A stretch of DNA of 64,000 nucleotides from IMG/VR virus record IMGVR_UViG_3300029787_000005, positions 64,319 through 128,318 of that record; one strand, 5' to 3'. The DNA comes from a virus. A program made the translations under genes and the position numbers. The first letter of the stretch is position 1. Each line of letters opens with the position of its first letter. Below are positions 58,437 through 64,000 of the stretch, piece by piece. Under the pieces are notes generated by a model that was not told the origin of the DNA, ran no database searches, and saw only the letters and a program-made list of their open reading frames with translations.

Positions 58437-59263
58437 TTGATTTCTGTCACATTACTCCTACAGCCTTTATAGATGATATTTTCTCTAAAGAAGAGCAGAG
58501 AATACATCTGGTATTGGCTCATCTTATTGAAGAAGACTCAGAGTATCGCAATCAATATAATTTTCTAGCAGCTAATGATCATGAGATCATTATGGATAAC
58601 AGTGCATTTGAAATGTACAAACGTAAGCAGCCTATGTATCCTACAGAGAAGTTGATACAGATGGCTATAGCATGTCAAGCAAGTTATGTTGTCATGTCTG
58701 ACTATCCTGGTGAGGATTGGTTAAAGACTGTTCATGCTGCTGAGAAAATGATACCTCAGCTGAAAGAAGCTAAGTTAGGTACATTCTATTGTCCACAGTC
58801 TCTACCAGGAGATGTGGATGGATTGGTTGATTCATTTAAGTGGGGTCTGAGTAATCCAGATATTGACTATATTGCATTCTCTATACTCAATATACCTTTG
58901 GCATATGGATGTGAATCTAACAATCCAATACAAAAATATCTATCACGACTACACTTCATGAATAGACTTGAGGATGAAGGTCTATTGCCAGGTCTTCTTG
59001 GTAAGAAAGTACACTTTCTTGGTATGACTGAAGGTCCTAATGAGATTAGTCTTATGAGAGGATTTACTGACTTTATTGATACATGGGATAGCTCAGCAGC
59101 TGTGTGGGCTGGATTGAATGGTATAAAGTTTGACAATAGTCCTACTGGATTATTTCAAGGTAAGTTTGCAAAAGAAGTTGACTTTGACTATAAAGTAGGG
59201 GATAATTTAAGACTAGCTAAAGAAAATATCAATTACATTGAGGAGCTATGCTATGCAGCCTGA
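58433..59263 (+). CDS. TGT-fold protein, putative DNA 7-deazaguanine transglycosylase (DpdA-like)
   Basis: IIMDNSAFE (compare TGT DSGGF), VMSD, VHFLG, DTWDSS; located in the deazaguanine cluster. Confidence 0.6.
   Translation: MIDFCHITPTAFIDDIFSKEEQRIHLVLAHLIEEDSEYRNQYNFLAANDHEIIMDNSAFEMYKRKQPMYPTEKLIQMAIACQASYVVMSDYPGEDWLKTVHAAEKMIPQLKEAKLGTFYCPQSLPGDVDGLVDSFKWGLSNPDIDYIAFSILNIPLAYGCESNNPIQKYLSRLHFMNRLEDEGLLPGLLGKKVHFLGMTEGPNEISLMRGFTDFIDTWDSSAAVWAGLNGIKFDNSPTGLFQGKFAKEVDFDYKVGDNLRLAKENINYIEELCYAA
59178..59206 (+). promoter_or_regulatory. Putative sigma70-type promoter TTGACT-N17-GATAAT
   Basis: 17-nt spacer, upstream of the 59253 gene. Confidence 0.5.
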
Positions 59264-59600
59264 TCTATTTGGTGATAACATTATCAATCATCCAGGTATA
59301 AAGCGTAAGCCACAACTCAAACATCATGAAGATGCATTCTTGCAACAGGCATTAGAATATATTGTTGGAACCTATAAAGGTCATTACGTTGGTAATGGAG
59401 AACTGCAGACTACTGATGTCTGGGAAACACTTGGCAATGCTGATAGTACTTGTCGTGATACTGCTATAAAGTATCTAATGAGATATGGCAAGAAAGGTGG
59501 CAACAATACAACTGATCTATTGAAAGCCATTCATTACATTTGTCTAATGCATAATTTTACAGAAAGAAAGAGGATAAAGAATCATGTTACATCTGTGTAG
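59253..59600 (+). CDS. DUF3310-like protein (T7 gp1.7 nucleotide kinase-related)
   Basis: HY...D......AIKYLMRYGKKGG...DLLKAIHY. Confidence 0.7.
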   Translation: MQPDLFGDNIINHPGIKRKPQLKHHEDAFLQQALEYIVGTYKGHYVGNGELQTTDVWETLGNADSTCRDTAIKYLMRYGKKGGNNTTDLLKAIHYICLMHNFTERKRIKNHVTSV

Positions 59601-60087
59601 TGAAGATTCAGAATCCAGTCTTAGTGAGTACACTAGTGACCAGGTACAACCTAACGCTGTAGACTTGCGTTTGGATAAGATATTTAAGTTGGGTAATAAA
59701 GACTTTGTTATCGATGAGAACAGTAAAGAACACAGAGGTAGCGATCAGCTGGCTCCAGATCAAGATGGTTGGTTTAAGTTAGATGTGGGTACCTATGAGA
59801 TCATTATGGAAGGTATCATTACTATTGGACCAAATGAAGCAGGCTTTGTTATTACTAGGTCTACACTTAACAGGAATGGTTTGTTTATTACTAGCGGGCT
59901 GTATGATTCTGGTTACAGTGGGGTTATGGCTGGTGCTTTGCATGTTAATGGCGGTCCTGCTTACATTAAAAGAGGTACCAGAGTTGGTCAGTTCTTACTA
60001 TTCAAAGCAGAGTCTCTAAATCAATACGCTGGAAGTTATGGCAGCGGTTCTCTCCATGACGTTCAATATGAGGGTACAGTTAATTAA
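59584..60087 (+). CDS. Trimeric dUTPase / dCTP deaminase family protein
   Basis: QPNAVDLRL, TRSTLNRNG, YDSGYSG, RVGQF. Confidence 0.8.
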   Translation: MLHLCSEDSESSLSEYTSDQVQPNAVDLRLDKIFKLGNKDFVIDENSKEHRGSDQLAPDQDGWFKLDVGTYEIIMEGIITIGPNEAGFVITRSTLNRNGLFITSGLYDSGYSGVMAGALHVNGGPAYIKRGTRVGQFLLFKAESLNQYAGSYGSGSLHDVQYEGTVN

Positions 60088-61034
60088 TGGAGATAAAAAT
60101 TGAAATAGAAGACCTACGTAAGAGAAAGCTCTTTGTAGCAACTCCTATGTATGGTGGTATGTGTGCTGGAATGTATACAAGGTCTACAAATGATCTTAGT
60201 GCACTCTGTATGCATTATGGTATAGAACTAAAGTATTATTACTTGTTTAACGAATCTTTGATCACTAGAGCAAGAAACTATTGCTGCGATGAGTTTATGC
60301 GTTCTGATTGTACTCATATGCTTTTTATCGATGCAGATATTGGTTTTGAAGCAAATGATGTTATTTCTATGATGGCTCTTATGGATCCAGAAGACGAAAG
60401 GACAGATGAATATGACATTCTTTGCTCGCCTTATCCCAAAAAATGTATTGCGTGGGAGAAGATCAAGTCGGCCGTGGATCAGGGACATGCTGATGAAGAC
60501 CCTAATATTCTTGATAATTTTGTCGGCGACTATGTATTTAATCCTGTTCCTGGTACTACCGAGATTAGTTTAGATGAACCTGCTCCTGTGCTAGAAGGTG
60601 GCACTGGTTTCATGATGTTTACAAAGAGAGCATTACAAACATTCAAGGATGCATACTGGGATGATAGTGAGCTGTCTCCTGGTGGGTTTAGATATAAACC
60701 AGATCATATTCGTACTGAACACTTTGATGGTTCAAGAGAAATTATGATGTACTTCCAAGCTCTTATTGATCCAGAGTCAAGACGTTATCTATCTGAAGAC
60801 TATATGTTTTGTCAGTGGGCTATCAAGGCTGGATTGAAGATATGGTTATGTCCTTGGGTTAAACTAAGTCATGTTGGTAGCTTTGTCTATGGAGGTAGCT
60901 TGCAAGCTCTTGCATCTATTGGAGCATCTGCTACTGCTGATAAGAATCAGCTTGGTAAGAAGATACAGTCACCGGTTGCAGAGTTAGAAAAGAAACAGAA
61001 AAAGGCTAAGGAGGCAAATGAGAGAGTTAAGTAA
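60087..61034 (+). CDS. Putative glycosyltransferase-like protein (GT-A)
   Basis: ATPMYGG, ESLITRARN, LFIDADI (DxD), GTGFMM, YLSEDYMFC, L.HVG. Confidence 0.6.
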   Translation: MEIKIEIEDLRKRKLFVATPMYGGMCAGMYTRSTNDLSALCMHYGIELKYYYLFNESLITRARNYCCDEFMRSDCTHMLFIDADIGFEANDVISMMALMDPEDERTDEYDILCSPYPKKCIAWEKIKSAVDQGHADEDPNILDNFVGDYVFNPVPGTTEISLDEPAPVLEGGTGFMMFTKRALQTFKDAYWDDSELSPGGFRYKPDHIRTEHFDGSREIMMYFQALIDPESRRYLSEDYMFCQWAIKAGLKIWLCPWVKLSHVGSFVYGGSLQALASIGASATADKNQLGKKIQSPVAELEKKQKKAKEANERVK

Positions 61035-62086
61035 TGCGTGATTGGAAAAGAGGAAAAGAACCAGATAGGTATAACAATGATGTAGATTGGGATATTATGA
61101 AGGCCCTCAAAGCTCTTGGTCTAAGATTGATTAAGGACAATAGTATTGAGAGAGGGCCTTTGAAGACTATATCCAATGAAAGAATACTTGCAGACAAAAT
61201 GTTTGCATTTAATCAGACTACATCACATCAAGAGAACCTAGTACACTCATTAGGTAGATTCTTGCCATCTGAATCTGACCAGTATCCAACTGACACAATA
61301 CAACACTTAGAAAAACATATGGAAGGTCCTCAAACAAGAAACTTATTGAGGATCAATGGTTGGTTGATACAACCAAAGACTGCTGAGGATTTAGTCACAG
61401 ATCAAGATGAGCCTGTTGAGATAAAATACTTGATTGGTAAACAAGGATTCAGACATGATGGATCTTGTATTGATATCACAGCAGAAGAAGGTGGTGCAAT
61501 CTATATTGGAGACAGTCATACTATGGCTGTTGGCATGCCATTAGAAGAGTCGTGGACTTATAAAGCTCATTACAATTGTGAGTTGACTAAAGACATGAGA
61601 TATGTTAATATGGGTATGCCAGGATATGGTATTGACTCATACTATAGAATACTAAAGAGATGGATTAAACAAGTCAATCCAGATCTTGTTGTTATGTCTT
61701 ATCCTTGGCATACTACAAGAACAGAACAATGGGACTTGAAGAAGAATTGTTGGCAAATACAATCGATCAACAAACTAGGACGTAAACGATTGGAAGGATC
61801 CGACGAAGCTACAGTAGAATACTTTCACACTGCTGCATCATACTTGAGATGGTATAAAGGACTAGATGCTATCAAATGGTTATGTCATGAAGTAGGTGCT
61901 AAGTTTTATGCAGTAGAAGAAGACCACAATGATGTGGATAAAGACTTGCAAACAATATCTAACAAGTTTGTACACCAGATACATCCTGATGACTTTGCAA
62001 GAGACCTGGTGCACTATGGAAGAAAGACGCATGATCACAATGCTGAAGTTCTTACAGAAGCGCTTAATTATATTATGAAAACTTGA
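61034..62086 (+). CDS. SGNH/GDSL hydrolase-like protein
   Basis: IGDSHT (block I), NMGMPG, D..H (DLVHYG). Confidence 0.6.
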   Translation: MRDWKRGKEPDRYNNDVDWDIMKALKALGLRLIKDNSIERGPLKTISNERILADKMFAFNQTTSHQENLVHSLGRFLPSESDQYPTDTIQHLEKHMEGPQTRNLLRINGWLIQPKTAEDLVTDQDEPVEIKYLIGKQGFRHDGSCIDITAEEGGAIYIGDSHTMAVGMPLEESWTYKAHYNCELTKDMRYVNMGMPGYGIDSYYRILKRWIKQVNPDLVVMSYPWHTTRTEQWDLKKNCWQIQSINKLGRKRLEGSDEATVEYFHTAASYLRWYKGLDAIKWLCHEVGAKFYAVEEDHNDVDKDLQTISNKFVHQIHPDDFARDLVHYGRKTHDHNAEVLTEALNYIMKT

Positions 62087-62093
62087 GGTTGAT

Positions 62094-62768
62094 ATGAAAT
62101 TTAGTAATGAGACTGTGAATATATTGAAGAACTTTTCTATGATTAATCCTTCAATAGCTTTTAAGAAAGGTAATGCATTAGCAACAATGTCTCCTCAGAA
62201 GAGCATTATGGCTAGAGCTATGTTGGATGATGAGTTCCCGGCAGATGGAGCAATCTACGACCTCTCAAGATTCTTGGGTGTTGTTTCCTTGTTTGAAACT
62301 CCCACTTATGTGTTTAAAGAAAACCAATTAGAGATCTCTGGTAATGGTAAGAGTGTTAACTATACTTTTGCTGATCCTTCTATGATTGTTACTCCTACTA
62401 AGGAGTCTATTGATATACCAGAACCTGACTTGGATATCAATATAGTATGGGATCAAATGAATGCAGTACTAAGAGCTGCTAACATTATGCAGCTGCCAGA
62501 AATATCTATCACTGGTGATGAAGAAATCACCCTTGAAGCTATAAATAGTAATGACCCTACTTCTGATAAGTATACACAGTCTTTAGGACCCAATGATACA
62601 AACCATAAGTTCAAGTTTATCTTTAAGACAGAGAACATGAAGCTAATGAGTTATGACTATCATTGTAAGATCACATCGGCTGGTATATCACAATTTACAT
62701 CACGCAACGAAGCAGGTCCAGAAATAACTTATTGGATAGCAGTTGAACAAAATTCAGAATTCATTTGA
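62094..62768 (+). CDS. gp45: DNA polymerase sliding clamp gp45
   Basis: MKFS.ET..ILKNFS.IN.SI...IYDL..FL...YWIAVE. Confidence 0.93.
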   Translation: MKFSNETVNILKNFSMINPSIAFKKGNALATMSPQKSIMARAMLDDEFPADGAIYDLSRFLGVVSLFETPTYVFKENQLEISGNGKSVNYTFADPSMIVTPTKESIDIPEPDLDINIVWDQMNAVLRAANIMQLPEISITGDEEITLEAINSNDPTSDKYTQSLGPNDTNHKFKFIFKTENMKLMSYDYHCKITSAGISQFTSRNEAGPEITYWIAVEQNSEFI

Positions 62769-62934
62769 CGGTAAGGCTCATGTCCATCGAACTGAAGGCT
62801 ACAAGATATTTTTTAATGTAGCTGTTCATAATTTTGATGGTGATGTTGAAGTGCTTCAATCTTTTGCACATTATGAAGATGCTGTTGACTATCGTCGTAA
62901 ATGGAACGATGGTATGATAGGTGAGAAATTATAG
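62743..62934 (+). CDS. Small hypothetical protein
   Basis: 63-aa ORF filling the gp45-gp44 gap. Confidence 0.45.
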   Translation: MNKIQNSFDGKAHVHRTEGYKIFFNVAVHNFDGDVEVLQSFAHYEDAVDYRRKWNDGMIGEKL

Positions 62935-62943
62935 GATGATGTT

Positions 62944-63882
62944 ATGCGTGATGATTATTTGTGGGTTGAGAAGTATCGTCCTAAGACGATAGACGATTGT
63001 ATACTACCTGAACAAATCAAAGAGACCTTTCAGACATTTGTCAACCAAAAGAATGTACCTAATCTCATATTGAGTGGTGGTCCTGGTGTTGGTAAGACTT
63101 CTGTTGCTAAGGCTATGTTAGAACAACTAGACTCAGACTACATTGTAGTGAATGGTAGTATGTCTGGTAATATTGATACATTACGTAATGAGATCAAGAC
63201 ATTTGCTTCTTCGGTTAGTTTCTCTGGTGGTAGAAAGTATGTTATACTTGATGAGGCTGATTATCTAAATGCTCAATCTACTCAACCAGCTCTAAGAAAC
63301 TTTATGGAAGAGTTCAGTAAGAACTGTGGGTTCATACTAACTTGTAACTTTGTCAATAGGATCATTGAACCTCTACACTCTCGATGTAGTGTAGTACATT
63401 TCAAGATTCCTAACAAAGAAAAGCCTAAGATGGCTCAGCAGTTCTATAAGAGAACAATGGGGATCTTAGAAGAGAATGGTGTAAGCTCTGATCAGAAAGT
63501 TGTAGCACAGTTGTTACAAATGCACTTTCCTGATTGGAGAAGAGTACTTAATGAGTTGCAAAGGTATAGTGTATCTGGAACTATTGATAGTGGTATACTT
63601 GTATCATTATCTGATGACAATCTTAAAACTTTGATGCAGTATATCAAAGATAAAAACTTTACTGAGATGCGTAAATGGGTTGGACTAAATAGCGACAACG
63701 ATTCAACATCTATATTCAGATTGATATACGACAACAGCTCTACATATTTGAAGCCTAATAGTATACCTCAGTTGGTATTGATATTGGCTGACTATCAACA
63801 TAAAGCTGCATTTGTAGCTGATCAAGAAATAAACTTAGTAGCGTGTTTAACTGAAATGATGGCAGAGTTAGAATGGAAATAA
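62944..63882 (+). CDS. gp44: Clamp loader large subunit gp44
   Basis: LWVEKYRP, GGPGVGKT, ILDEADY, PLHSRC. Confidence 0.96.
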   Translation: MRDDYLWVEKYRPKTIDDCILPEQIKETFQTFVNQKNVPNLILSGGPGVGKTSVAKAMLEQLDSDYIVVNGSMSGNIDTLRNEIKTFASSVSFSGGRKYVILDEADYLNAQSTQPALRNFMEEFSKNCGFILTCNFVNRIIEPLHSRCSVVHFKIPNKEKPKMAQQFYKRTMGILEENGVSSDQKVVAQLLQMHFPDWRRVLNELQRYSVSGTIDSGILVSLSDDNLKTLMQYIKDKNFTEMRKWVGLNSDNDSTSIFRLIYDNSSTYLKPNSIPQLVLILADYQHKAAFVADQEINLVACLTEMMAELEWK

Positions 63883-64000
63883 CCTATGCATGTAATATCT
63901 GCAACAAAGAGTTAGCAGAGGATAAACTTGCAGTTGTATTGAAAGGTGATGATTATGAATATGCAGTGTGTGATAGTTGTCTTGTACAATTTGGAGACAG
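63873..64000 (+). CDS. Partial small zinc-finger-like protein (runs off the window)
   Basis: Translated by hand: MEITYACNICNKEL...YAVCDSCLVQFGD, two CxxC motifs. Confidence 0.5.
   Translation, partial: MEITYACNICNKELAEDKLAVVLKGDDYEYAVCDSCLVQFGD

Noticed and set aside
1-64000. tRNA, rRNA, intron, intein or integrase
   Set aside because: Intergenic gaps are short with no cloverleaf recognised; gp17, gp20, gp23, uvsW and gp46 appear uninterrupted and of normal length

Overview
64 kb of an AT-rich T4-like (myovirus) phage genome, probably marine and probably infecting an alphaproteobacterium (inferred from an alphaproteobacterial-type pstS and a Usg-family gene). Order of contents: the 3' part of a large VrlC-like virion protein and tail-fibre genes; two giant Tyr/Trp-x-Lys-x tetrapeptide-repeat proteins (3159 and 1363 aa); a cluster of putative modifying enzymes (four glycosyltransferase-like proteins, methyltransferase, radical SAM, two Fe/2OG-type oxygenases) with pstS; the T4 head/neck/tail core (gp13-gp23, gp3); uvsY, uvsW, gp55, gp47, gp46; an accessory block with peptide deformylase and a 7-deazaguanine pathway (folE, queD, queE, DpdL-like, TGT/DpdA-like, PRTase; no queC in the window); then gp45 and gp44. 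Main observation: the 1363-aa protein is mirror-symmetric in register around a central GPVYYGGFASGSQTT motif. Eight 6-residue stutters on one arm are matched by eight on the other. This suggests a single antiparallel hairpin of about 550 residues per arm. Together with its 3159-aa paralogue and the adjacent enzymes, it may form an undescribed, chemically modified virion filament system. All family assignments come from motif recognition and gene order, not from database searches.
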